This document shows, piece by piece, positions 9,699 through 21,242 of a stretch of 64,000 nt of DNA (position 1 is its first letter; each line of letters opens with the position of its first letter). Location of the stretch: positions 124,502 through 188,501 of the forward strand of contig CAVZMH010000012.1 of NCBI GenBank assembly GCA_963776345.1, read 5' to 3'. The notes below the pieces were generated by a model. That model was not told where the DNA came from and searched no databases. It worked only from the letters and a program-made list of their open reading frames with translations. Source of the stretch: an uncultured delta proteobacterium (GTDB lineage: Bacteria > Myxococcota > Myxococcia > Myxococcales > Myxococcaceae). The translations under genes were made by a program, and so were the position numbers.

Positions 9699-10655
9699 TC
9701 AGAACCGTCCCGCCATCACCAGCGAGCCCCCGCCCGGAGCCGGCCGGAGATCCACCCGCGCGCCCTCGGCCTTCCCGGAATCGAGCACCCACAAGGTCAC
9801 GCCGGTCGCGACCAGCGCCGCTCCGGCCACCAAGGCAATCGTCACCGGCGCGGTCTTTCCCCGCAAGGACTGCTGCGCTGCCTGGGCCTCCGGAGTCGGC
9901 GGGCGCTGACCGTACGGATCCAGCGTGGCCCGGTACGCGTCCTGGTCGCTCTTCGCCCCGAGGAAAAGCGCGGTCCCGACCGCCAGCGCCACCGCCCCCG
10001 CGCCCACGCAGGCGTATGCCGCGATGCGCTGCCCCGAGGCTCCCTGCGCAGCAACCGTGGCCACGGCCGCAGGGGGAACCTCGGCGCGCGGCTCGGGCGC
10101 GCTGACCACCGCGGGGACCTCGCCCGGCACCGCGGCCGGAGCCGCCACCAGGGGCTGCAGGTCCAGCGTCTCCAGATGGAGCCCCTCGGTCAGCACCTTC
10201 TCGATTCCTGGACGGATCATCTCAGGGCGGAGACGGCCCTTCGGGCGGGTGACCTCCAGATTGGACACGCTCCGCTCCAGGAGCCCGTCGGACCGGACGA
10301 GCTTCCCCACGAACACCATCCGGGGCCGGAATGGGTACACGCTGATGTAGAGCGCACGCTGCCCACCGCAGGCACGGGCGAGCTCGGCCAGGCACCGCTC
10401 GTCCCCGCCGCAGCTGCCGCCGGGCCGAGCGGCCACGAACTGGCGGGCGCACGCTTGCCCGACGAGGCGGACGTCACGCCGGGAGAGCTCGGCATCGAGC
10501 TGTGGACCGAGCCGCGCCGCGTCGTCCTCGCTCCCGCCGACCACCACCAGCGGGTGCGGAACCAGCCCTGGCGTGGACGTCCCCTGCGGAGCGGCGAAGG
10601 CGGAGACGGTCACCAGAACCGACCCGCACAGCGCTGCCCGCCGCAAGCCGTTCAT
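9699..10655 (-). CDS. Secreted myxobacterial-type protein with a C-terminal hydrophobic hairpin and terminal Phe
   Basis: Signal peptide; CGGDERCLAELARAC; two Gly/Ala-rich hydrophobic segments; ends SLVMAGRF. Confidence 0.7.
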   Translation of the reverse strand: MNGLRRAALCGSVLVTVSAFAAPQGTSTPGLVPHPLVVVGGSEDDAARLGPQLDAELSRRDVRLVGQACARQFVAARPGGSCGGDERCLAELARACGGQRALYISVYPFRPRMVFVGKLVRSDGLLERSVSNLEVTRPKGRLRPEMIRPGIEKVLTEGLHLETLDLQPLVAAPAAVPGEVPAVVSAPEPRAEVPPAAVATVAAQGASGQRIAAYACVGAGAVALAVGTALFLGAKSDQDAYRATLDPYGQRPPTPEAQAAQQSLRGKTAPVTIALVAGAALVATGVTLWVLDSGKAEGARVDLRPAPGGGSLVMAGRF

Positions 10656-10708
10656 GCCCCCCTCCTTCGGATCCGCCGAGAAAGGTCATAGCATCGCCCG
10701 TCCTGGGC

Positions 10709-10724
10709 CGGCACCTCCCTTGCT
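10709..10724 (+). promoter_or_regulatory. Candidate sigma-54 (-24/-12) promoter
   Basis: CGGCACCTCCCTTGCT versus consensus TGGCACGNNNNTTGCW, with exact GG-N10-GC spacing, 48 bp upstream of the RBS-led GTG at 10772. Confidence 0.5.
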
Positions 10725-10771
10725 AGGTGCATGCCAGGGTGCGCGCGCGTCACGTCGCATGGGGGAGGGTC

Positions 10772-12226
10772 GTGGTCTCGATTCGCCGGTGGGTGCTCGG
10801 TGGGGTGCTCGCGTCCTCGGCTGCGGTCGCCGCTCCCCGGATGGCGCTGGTCGCGCTCGGCGACTGCCGTGACCCGGACCTCCTCCGGTACGAGCGGGAG
10901 TTCGAGCAGCGGCTCTCGGACCGGGTTGGCCCACAGCTCCTGCCCGAGGAGCAGTTCCAGGCCCGCGTCGGACCACCGCCCACCCACACCCTCGACGAGG
11001 TGCGCCGGCAGGTCTCCACCGCCGAGAACCTCTTCTACAACGACCGGGTGGCGGACTCGCTGGCGCTGCTCGACCAGACCCGGGCCGAGCTCGAGCGACT
11101 ACCGCCCGGACCCGAGCGCTGGAGGACCTTCGCCGACGCCCAGCTGATCCGCGGCATGGCGCTCAGCAGCCAGCGGCGCCGGGACGCGTCCGACGACGCC
11201 TTCCGCTCGGTGCTCCGCGTGGACCCGCGTCACGTGATGAGCCCGGACGCCTTCTCGCCGACGTTCCGCCAGCGCTTCGACAAGCTGCGGGCCGAGCTTG
11301 CCCGCGCCCACAAGCTCCACCTCTCGGTGCAGTCGCAGCCAGCGGGCGCCACCGTGTACGTGGACGGGCTCGCGCTCGGGCACACGCCCGCGACCCTCGA
11401 CCTCGTCCCCGGCAACTACCAGATCTTCGTCGGCCGCCCGGACGCGTTCTCCTTCCCCCACCTGGTCCAGCTCCGGGAGGACACCAGCCTCCGGGTCGAC
11501 CTGGCGTTCGAGCAGACCCTCCCGCCCTCGCGCGCCGCGTGCCTCCAGCAGCCGCGCGACGGGAAGGAGACGCCGCTGGGGAACGCGTTGAAGCTGGCGC
11601 TCCTGCTCGAGGTCGACCAGCTGGTGGTGCTCCGGCTCGACAGGCCCGCCGCCGGACCGAGCTGGCTCTCCGCGGCGGTCCTCAATGCGCAGACCGCGCA
11701 GCGTACCCGCGAGGGCGGCATCCAGCTCGGCGGGACGCGCTCCGGCGGCGACGACCTCGGCGAGCTGGCGCGCTTCGTCGTCACCGGCGAGACGGGAGAG
11801 CGGGTGGTGGTGGTGAACCCGTCCACCCCCCAGGCCTCGGTGCTCGCCCTCCCGCCGCCCGCGGCGGTCACCCAGCTCCAGTCCAGTCCGGCGAGGACCT
11901 GGCGCACGCCCACCGGCATCGCGCTCACCGCGACCGGGGCCGTCGCGCTCGGGCTCGGAGTGGTGTTCCAGCTAAAGGCGAACGACTCGGCGTCCAAGTT
12001 CAACCAGGCCTACTCCGGCGGAACCGCGCCCCTCCCCGGCCAGGTCGGGACGGTCGACGGGTACCGCAACGATGCCCACACCCAGCAGACGCTGGCCTAC
12101 GTCGGGTACGGCGTGGGGGCGGTCGCGCTCGGCACGGGCCTGTGGCTGTGGCTGACCGACGGAAAGGCCGGGAGCACCGCGGTGATCGCCGGGCCAAGCT
12201 CGATTGCCGTCGCCGGGCAGTTCTGA
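10772..12226 (+). CDS. PEGA-domain protein with a TPR-like helical region and C-terminal hydrophobic hairpin
   Basis: LSVQSQPAGATVYVDGLALGHTPATLDLVPGNYQIFV (PEGA); GGAGG RBS; ends SIAVAGQF. Confidence 0.8.
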   Translation: MVSIRRWVLGGVLASSAAVAAPRMALVALGDCRDPDLLRYEREFEQRLSDRVGPQLLPEEQFQARVGPPPTHTLDEVRRQVSTAENLFYNDRVADSLALLDQTRAELERLPPGPERWRTFADAQLIRGMALSSQRRRDASDDAFRSVLRVDPRHVMSPDAFSPTFRQRFDKLRAELARAHKLHLSVQSQPAGATVYVDGLALGHTPATLDLVPGNYQIFVGRPDAFSFPHLVQLREDTSLRVDLAFEQTLPPSRAACLQQPRDGKETPLGNALKLALLLEVDQLVVLRLDRPAAGPSWLSAAVLNAQTAQRTREGGIQLGGTRSGGDDLGELARFVVTGETGERVVVVNPSTPQASVLALPPPAAVTQLQSSPARTWRTPTGIALTATGAVALGLGVVFQLKANDSASKFNQAYSGGTAPLPGQVGTVDGYRNDAHTQQTLAYVGYGVGAVALGTGLWLWLTDGKAGSTAVIAGPSSIAVAGQF

Positions 12227-12230
12227 GGGC

Positions 12231-13922
12231 TCAGGGGACGTAGACCCGGACGTCGGTCGCGGTGCTGTAAACCAGCCCTGGCTTGCGTCCGAACATCGCC
12301 GGATGCCAGGCGACCGCCGAGGCGCTGTCCGGCGCGGTGGCGAGCACCGTCCACGGCGAGTCGCAGTCGGTGGACAGGTCCCGCTCGAGCAGCTCGAGGA
12401 GATTGCTCGCGTTCCGCCGGGCCCCGAGCACCCGCGCGCTCTCGTGACGGGTGGCGACCGTGAGGCCTCCCGGCGCGGGGCGATCCACCGGCGCAGGGCA
12501 GACGCCCGCATCGGGGGCCGACTCACAGCTGCGGCACAACTCGACGCGCGTTCCGGTCCGGGTATCGAACGCGACGACGCTCCGGTCCGCACGCGGAAGG
12601 GCGAGCGAGAACCTCGGATCGTCGGCGAGGTCGGTGCGGACGGGCGGCTCGACGTGGAGCTCCTCGGTGGGACTCGCGCCGCAGCTGGCCCGGAACCAGG
12701 CGCGGAGCAGCCGGTGCTGGGCGTCGGTCGCGACCACCTCCCAGAATTGCTCGGAGCGAATGGCGAGCCGGTCGGGAACGAAGCCGATGGCCAGAGAGTA
12801 CGGGCCGCGGGAGTACCCGCCGGTGGAGCTCACCACGCCCACCGAGCCGACCGCGGCGGCGGGCTCCGCGCACGAGGGGCCCGTCGGCACGACGGCGGCG
12901 GCGGAGGGCGTCGAGAACGCGGACCCGATCCGCACGTCCACCCGGTCCGTCGCGTCGTGCTGGAGGACCGAGGCGACCCGGAGTGGATCTCCGCCGTCGG
13001 CCTGGAACGCGGTGCTGGCCCTCAGCGCGGTGAGCGGCGGGGCCGGGACGTCGAGCAACGTCAGCTGCTCGAACTGGCCGTCGGCGGGGTTGAACCAGCC
13101 CCAGATCACCTTGCTCGAGGTCTCGATGGCCAGCGTGACGACCCCGTCCTCGTCGGACGCGGCATCGAACGAGACCACGGACCCGAGCCCACCGATGGTC
13201 CCGCTCTGCGCCGGGCGCGCGGCGGTCCAGAACCGGGCCGATGCGGGCAGGTTCGGGTTCTCGAACGCGTCGGCCACCACGCCCGCCTCGACGCCGACCC
13301 GGTAGCCGGTGTCGTGGCTGAGCCCGGTGAAGACGAACCGCTGTCGCGTCGAGTCGTAGGCGCCGGTGGCTCCGCCGGGCTGAAGCACGGCCGGGACCCC
13401 CGCGCCGGTCACCGCCTCCCCGAAGTCGACCGTCAGCTGCACGTCGGCGCCCCGCTCGCCGTCTGCCGGCGAGAACCTGGGCCGCGGAAGCACGTCGTCC
13501 ACCCGGAACGGAACCGAGACTCGGCGCTCGCGAGCCTGGCTGTCGCGGGCGAGCAGCACGAGCTGCACGTCCACCCCGTCCAGCGGCGGCAAGGGGATGG
13601 TCAGGGCGAAGAGCCCGCCGTCCACCGGGACGCCTCCCGCGGTGCCCGCGTCCAGCAGCTGGTAGCTCATCCCGATCAGGGTCGCGTCGGACCAGGTGGC
13701 GACTGTCCCCCGCACCTCGAGGGTCGGGTCCTTCACCGCGGCGTCCGGCTTCGGCGTGAGCACGGTGATCTGGGGGTTCAGATCGAGCACGCAGAGGTGC
13801 GTCTGCTCATCGCAGCTCTGGCCCTCGGGACAGGCCGAGCTTGAGCAGTCCGCCGCAGGGGTGAGCGAGGTGCACGCGGTGCCCGCGAGCAGCAGCAGTC
13901 CTGCCGCGATGTGTCTCGACAT
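12231..13922 (-). CDS. Lipoprotein with an N-terminal Cys-rich motif and Ig-like domains
   Basis: MSRHIAAGLLLLAGTAC lipobox; CSSSACPEGQSCDEQTHLC; FSPADGE..LTVDFGEAV..LSHDTGYRVGVEAGVVADAFEN (Big_5-like). Confidence 0.7.
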   Translation of the reverse strand: MSRHIAAGLLLLAGTACTSLTPAADCSSSACPEGQSCDEQTHLCVLDLNPQITVLTPKPDAAVKDPTLEVRGTVATWSDATLIGMSYQLLDAGTAGGVPVDGGLFALTIPLPPLDGVDVQLVLLARDSQARERRVSVPFRVDDVLPRPRFSPADGERGADVQLTVDFGEAVTGAGVPAVLQPGGATGAYDSTRQRFVFTGLSHDTGYRVGVEAGVVADAFENPNLPASARFWTAARPAQSGTIGGLGSVVSFDAASDEDGVVTLAIETSSKVIWGWFNPADGQFEQLTLLDVPAPPLTALRASTAFQADGGDPLRVASVLQHDATDRVDVRIGSAFSTPSAAAVVPTGPSCAEPAAAVGSVGVVSSTGGYSRGPYSLAIGFVPDRLAIRSEQFWEVVATDAQHRLLRAWFRASCGASPTEELHVEPPVRTDLADDPRFSLALPRADRSVVAFDTRTGTRVELCRSCESAPDAGVCPAPVDRPAPGGLTVATRHESARVLGARRNASNLLELLERDLSTDCDSPWTVLATAPDSASAVAWHPAMFGRKPGLVYSTATDVRVYVP

Positions 13923-14075
13923 TCGTCCCCCCGTCCCTCGGCCCGGACGGACCCGATGCGAGCCCCGGGCGTTCCGGGTCCGGTGCGGGGGAGATTCTGC
14001 ACGCCACATTCCAGCTTTCGGAGCGTTTTCGAGCAGGACTACGCTTGGCCGGAGGGATGCAGAGGGGGGCCGGGC

Positions 14076-15434
14076 ATGAAGCTGGGGGCATCGTGGCTGC
14101 CGATCGCGCTCCTCGCCGCGTGCGGGACGGTCGACTCCGGACCGGGGCAGGACCTGAGCGTCCAGCTCGCGGCGCTGCCGGACGCGGTGGTCGGCCGCGA
14201 CTACCGCGAACGGAGCGTGGTGCTGCAGGCGCAGGGCGGGAGCGGTTCCCTCTCGTGGAGCCTTCCCCAGCGACCTCCCTCCCTGGCCTGGCTGAGCATC
14301 GGCGAGAGCACCGGGCTCCTCATGGGAACGCCGCTGGACGTGGTCTCCCCGGCGGCGGACTTCGTGGTGCAGGTCACGAACGGCACGGCGCGCGCGCAGC
14401 AGCCGTTCAAGCTGTCCGTGGGGTGCTCGGAGGGTGCGAGCAGCCCCTGCGGCGTGCCCGACGCGACGCTGGCGATGTGCGTCGCCGGGACGCGCGTGTG
14501 CCTGAACGGGAAGCTCGGGGGGTGCACGGCCGATCCCGGCCGACCGCCGTACGAGGCCGACGCCACGCACTGCGGCGCGAGCTGTGACGAGACCTGCTCT
14601 CGCACGTCGACGAACCGGTGCGTCGGAACGTGCTCCTGTGGCAGCGCCGGCGGACCCTGTTCGGGCGCGACCCCGGCCTGCTGCCCGGGGAGCGATGGGA
14701 GGCCGGAGAGCTTCTCTTGCGTCTCGCTGCAGACGGCCCAGCACTGCGGAGCGTGCCAGACGGCGTGCCAGCCGAAGGCGAACACCGACGTCGGTTGCGC
14801 GAGCAGCACCTGCAGCTTCCCCTGCAAGGCGCCCTGGCTGAACTGCAACGGCGGGACGGTGACGGCCGACGGCGCGGACGCGGACGGTTGCGAGACCCGC
14901 GTCGACGGCGACGTGAACAACTGTGGCGCGTGTGGACGGAGGTGTCCGGCGAGCCTGACCGCAGCGGCCCACGCGGCCCCCGGAGCCTCACCCTCCTGCG
15001 CCGAGGGAAGCTGCCGTTACCGGTGCGACCTGCCCAGGTACCACGACTGCACCGGCGGAACGTGCCGGGACGACACCACGGACCAGGACCCGGATGGGTG
15101 CGAGACGGACTTCTCCAGCGCGAGCAGCTGCGGTGGGAGCGGCAACGTCTGCCCGGCCATCGACAACGCGGACCCGATCTGCATGCTGAACGGAAGCACC
15201 GGGCGTTACGAGTGCGGCCTGAGGTGCAAGGCCGGCTTCGACCCCGACCCGTGCGGCTCGCCACCGGTGTGCAGGCCGCTGAACGACCCCGAGAACTGCG
15301 GAGTGTGCGGCCGGGCCTGCCCGACGATCGACACGCAGGAGGAGCAGCAGCACTGCTCGAGCGCGGGGCAGTGCTGCATGCAACTCTGCGATCCGGCCAA
15401 CAGGCCCCCCTGCGGACACGAGTTCTGCGGCTAG
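14076..15434 (+). CDS. Cys-rich lipoprotein with a putative Ig domain and repeated (H/N)CGxC motifs
   Basis: LLAAC lipobox; LPDAVVGRDY..LAWLSIGESTGLLMGTP; HCGASC, HCGACQTAC, NNCGACGRRC, ENCGVCGRAC; DGCET repeats. Confidence 0.75.
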   Translation: MKLGASWLPIALLAACGTVDSGPGQDLSVQLAALPDAVVGRDYRERSVVLQAQGGSGSLSWSLPQRPPSLAWLSIGESTGLLMGTPLDVVSPAADFVVQVTNGTARAQQPFKLSVGCSEGASSPCGVPDATLAMCVAGTRVCLNGKLGGCTADPGRPPYEADATHCGASCDETCSRTSTNRCVGTCSCGSAGGPCSGATPACCPGSDGRPESFSCVSLQTAQHCGACQTACQPKANTDVGCASSTCSFPCKAPWLNCNGGTVTADGADADGCETRVDGDVNNCGACGRRCPASLTAAAHAAPGASPSCAEGSCRYRCDLPRYHDCTGGTCRDDTTDQDPDGCETDFSSASSCGGSGNVCPAIDNADPICMLNGSTGRYECGLRCKAGFDPDPCGSPPVCRPLNDPENCGVCGRACPTIDTQEEQQHCSSAGQCCMQLCDPANRPPCGHEFCG

Positions 15435-15502
15435 AGCCCCGGGATTCGGCGCGTCGGGCGAGGGGTGGAGATGGCAGGAGGATCGCCCTACGGTGCGTGG
15501 GC

Positions 15503-16664
15503 ATGACCGACCCCGGGGACGTCCAGCCCTTCCGCGCCAGCGTCTCGGAGGTGGTGCTGGCGGACCTGCGCGAGCGCCTCGCGGGGACGCGCTGGCCGGA
15601 ACCGGTGACCGGCGTCGGGTGGAGCGAAGGCGTCGACCAGGCCTGGCTCCGGCGCGTGGTGGCGCACTGGGAGAGCCGGTTCGACTGGCGGATCCAGGAG
15701 GCCCGGCTGAACGCCTTCCCCCAGTTCCTGGTGCGGGTGGGCGACACCCGGATCCACTGCATCCACCTGCGCGGTCGCGGGCCGAGGCCGATGCCGCTGG
15801 TCATCACCCACGGCTGGCCCGGGTCGGTGTTCGAGATGCTGCGGCTCGTCCCGCTGCTGGCGAATCCGGCCGCGCACGGAGGTTCGCCCCAGGACGCCTT
15901 CGACGTGGTGGTGCCGTCGATTCCCGGGTACGGCTTCTCGGACCGGCCGACGTCCCCCGGGATGTCGAACTCGGCGGTGGCCGACCTCTGGGTCGTGCTG
16001 ATGGAACGGCTGGGGTACCCGCGGTTCGCGGCGCAGGGCGGCGACTGGGGGGCGGGCATCTCGACCTGGGTGGCGCGAAAAGCGCGCGAGCGGCTCGTCG
16101 GCCTGCACCTCAACTACATCCCCGGCTCGTTCCGGCCCTGGGTCGAGGACGAGGCGGGGCTGAGCGCGGAGGAGCGCGGCTTCCTCGCGGACAAGGCGCA
16201 CTGGTCCGAGGAAGAAGGCGCGTACGGGCACCTGCAGTCGACACGGCCCGGGACGCTGGGCGTCGGCGCTGACGGACTCGCCGGCCGGGCTCGCGGCGTG
16301 GATCCTGGAGAAAGTCCGGGCGTGGAGCGACTGCGACGGGGACGTCGAGTCGCGATTCTCGCTGGACGAGCTACTGGCGAACGTGACCCTGTACTGGGTG
16401 ACGAACACGGCGGCGTCGTCCATCCGGTTGTACCGCGAGTCGAAGCTCACGCCGCTCCAGCTTGGGCCCGGCGAGCGGATCCGCGTGCCGATGGGGTTCG
16501 CCCACTTCCCCGCCGAGGCGCCGTCTCCTCCGCGGCGCTGGGTCGAGCGCGGCTATGACGTGCGGCGGTGGACCGAGATGCCCCGCGGTGGCCACTTTGC
16601 GGCCTGGGAGGAGCCGGAGCTGCTGGCCCAGGACCTCCGGGAGTTCTTCCGCCCCCTCAGGTGA
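15503..16664 (+). CDS. Epoxide hydrolase family protein; frameshift near 16265
   Basis: LADLRERLAGTRWPE, HGWPGS, PSIPGYGFS, QGGDWG; continues LTDSPAGLAAWILEK...RGGHFAAWEEP in the next frame. Confidence 0.9.
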
Positions 16665-16674
16665 GTCATGACTT

Positions 16675-16848
16675 TGCGAGGTGTCCTCGTACGAGGCGTC
16701 TCTCTTACGAGGTGTCTCTTACGAGGTGTCTGACGAGTGTCTTACGAGGTGTCTTACGAGGTGTCCCTTACGAGGTGTCTGACACCTTGAAGCAGACACC
16801 TTGAAGCAGCTGGCCGTCGACACCTTCAGGTCGGACACCTCGGTGTCG
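16675..16848. repeat. REP-like repeat locus 3 (3' flank of the RAYT-like gene)
   Basis: About 7 (CT)TACGAGGTGTC-like units, then core T-GACACC, then GACACCTTGAAGCA x2 and degenerate GACACCT units. Confidence 0.9.
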
Positions 16849-16861
16849 AAGCCCGAGGACG

Positions 16862-17779
16862 CTAGGTCGGTGAGGCCGGCGCAACCGGCCGCAGAAAGGG
16901 GCGGAACGCGTTCTCCGGGAACACGGCCGAGAGATCGCCGCTGCGCCAGCGAGCCGATGCCTTGGAGAATGCGGCCCGGAACGCGCGGTACCGTTCGATG
17001 AACGCTATTCTGAGGCTTGCGGAGACGGCGTGACACCAGGGTCGTCTCGAACGCTTGGGTCGATCGGGACGGTGTTGTGGATCCTGGGCAAGAACTCCGG
17101 CGCGCCCGAGGACACGCGGGTGCGCACGCCGCCCCTGCTGCTTGATCGCCTCGAGCGCACGCCGGATGAAGCGACGCCACGCGGACTTCCGAGAGAATCT
17201 CACCAGCGGCAGCGGAGTGAGCTCGAGCGCCTCCGCTTCGGCGAGCCGTTCATCGAAGCGCGGCGCAACACCCTTTCCTGAGCGAACTCCCCAGCGTCGG
17301 CTCCAGTCGAACCAGCTGAACTTTCGTGCGCGGGTGCCCAGGAACTCGGGTAGCGAACTGAGGCCGGGCCACTCCTGACAGGTCCGGACCAGCCCTTCTT
17401 TGACGCCGTGAGAGATGATGTAGCGGACGCGCGAGAGGAGGGCCCCTTCGTCGAGCACCGGCTCGGCCGAGTACCGCCGCTCCCAAAAGGCCCCTCGCCA
17501 GCCCACGAGCGCTCCGACCTTCTTCGAGATGTTCGTCAGCAAGTACTGCATGAACTGCGGGAGATTGCCCTTAGGAGCTCGGACCAACAGGTGAACGTGG
17601 TTCGACGCGAACGTGAAGCCGAAGAGCTCGACCTCGCCGCGCCTCGCGGCCCGTGCCAGCACGCCGCCCAGGACGACGTTCGTCTGCTTCGACGGACGGA
17701 GCAGAAGCCGTCCCTGGGAGCACCTGACGGTGACGAAGTAAATCTGCGCTTGCTCGTAGTTTCTCAGCGGCCAGCCCAT
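16862..17779 (-). mobile_element. REP-associated tyrosine transposase (RAYT-like, HUH/Y1 IS200-superfamily)
   Basis: IYFVTVRC, FASNHVHLLV (HUH), GAFWERRY, RYIISHGVKEGLV (catalytic Tyr region), EWPGLSS; 305 aa; flanked on both sides by the palindromic repeats; no tnpB. Confidence 0.85.
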
Positions 17780-17837
17780 GTGGAGTCCCCCTCTCCCGGG
17801 GACTCGGGAGCACGAACCGGGCCAATTGCCGCGCACC

Positions 17838-17957
17838 TCAATGACGAAGTGTTTGACACCAATGACGGACACCAATGACGAGGCAATGACGAGGTGTTTG
17901 ACACCTCCGGGGGGACACCTCCGGGGAGGACATCTCCAACACGAGGTGTGTGACACT
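17838..17957. repeat. REP-like repeat locus 4 (5' flank of the RAYT-like gene), variant cores
   Basis: AATGACGAAGTGTTTGACACC, AATGACGAGGTGTTTGACACCTCCGGGG, ACGAGGTGTGTGACAC; tandem CAATGACG and GACACCTCCGGGG units. Confidence 0.85.
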
Positions 17958-17983
17958 AGCTCCTAGAGGGCCCGAGCCTCGCC

Positions 17984-20206
<2,223 letters not shown>

Positions 20207-20207
20207 G

Positions 20208-20861
20208 TCAGTGGAGGAAGGAGGCCAGCACCCGGCGGCCATCGGCGTTGCCGAGCAGCGGCTCGGCGTTCCGCTCGGGGTGGGGCATCATCCCCAGCAC
20301 GTTGCCCGAGGCGTTCACGATGCCGGCGATGTCGTTCCGGCTCCCGTTGGGGTTCCCGACGTAGCGGAAGGCCACCTGGCCCTCGCCCTCGAGCCGCTTC
20401 AGGCCCTCGTCGTCGATGAAGTAGTTCCCGTCGCCGTGGGCGATGGGGATCCTGAACCGCTCGCCGGGCGAGAGCGTGGCGGTGAAGCGCGTCCGCGCCT
20501 TCTCCGTCCGGAGAATCACGTCCTGGCAGATGTACTGGCGGTTGGCGTTCTGGAGCAGCGCGCCCGGTAGCAGGCCCGCCTCGGTGAGGATCTGGAAGCC
20601 GTTGCAGATGCCGATGACCGGCCCGCCCTTGCGCGCGAACGCGGCGACCTCCTCCATCACCGGCGCGAAGCGGGCGATGGCCCCGCAGCGCAGGTAGTCC
20701 CCGTAGCTGAAGCCCCCGGGGAGGATGACCAGCTCGCTCCCCCGAAGGTGGTGATCCTTGTGCCAGAGCATCTGGGGCCGGTGCCCGAGAACCTGCCCCA
20801 CCACGTGAAAGGCGTCCTCGTCGCAGTTGCTGCCGGGGAAGACGACGATCCCGACCTTCAT
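20208..20861 (-). CDS. purQ: FGAM synthase glutaminase subunit PurQ
   Basis: [39 protein letters not shown]. Confidence 0.97.
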   Translation of the reverse strand: MKVGIVVFPGSNCDEDAFHVVGQVLGHRPQMLWHKDHHLRGSELVILPGGFSYGDYLRCGAIARFAPVMEEVAAFARKGGPVIGICNGFQILTEAGLLPGALLQNANRQYICQDVILRTEKARTRFTATLSPGERFRIPIAHGDGNYFIDDEGLKRLEGEGQVAFRYVGNPNGSRNDIAGIVNASGNVLGMMPHPERNAEPLLGNADGRRVLASFLH

Positions 20862-21097
20862 CCGATCTCCACCCGGAAGTTCTCCACCACCGTGTTGGCG
20901 AGGAGCTTCCGGCACATCTCCTCCACCTGGGCGCGGGCCTCGGGGCCGCTGCCGTCGGGGAGCTGCAGCTCGATGTACTTGCCCAGCCGGACACCGGAGA
21001 CCTGGCCGAAGCCGAGCGCGTGCAGGCTGCCCTCCACGGCCTTGCCGGCGGGGTCGAGCACCCCCGGCTTCAGCGTCACGTACACCCGTGCGAGCAT
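20858..21097 (-). CDS. purS: FGAM synthase subunit PurS
   Basis: VTLKPGVLDPAG..VRLGKYIEL..MCRKLLANTVVE. Confidence 0.96.
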   Translation of the reverse strand: MLARVYVTLKPGVLDPAGKAVEGSLHALGFGQVSGVRLGKYIELQLPDGSGPEARAQVEEMCRKLLANTVVENFRVEIG

Positions 21098-21242
21098 GTC
21101 ACCTCCGGTGGGAGACCCGCGGACTGGCGCGGGGCGTCGGCGCCGCCTCTATCAGCCGTCCGAGGAAGCGTCTACCCGTGTCTTAATGCAGGGTTAGAGC
21201 GTCGGCCAGCACAGTTGGGCGTGCCGTGCTAACCGTTTGGAG

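Noticed and set aside
16862..17779. Ordinary IS200/IS605 insertion sequence
   Set aside because: At 305 aa it is much longer than IS200 TnpA, there is no tnpB, and it is flanked by a dispersed palindrome family; RAYT-like fits better
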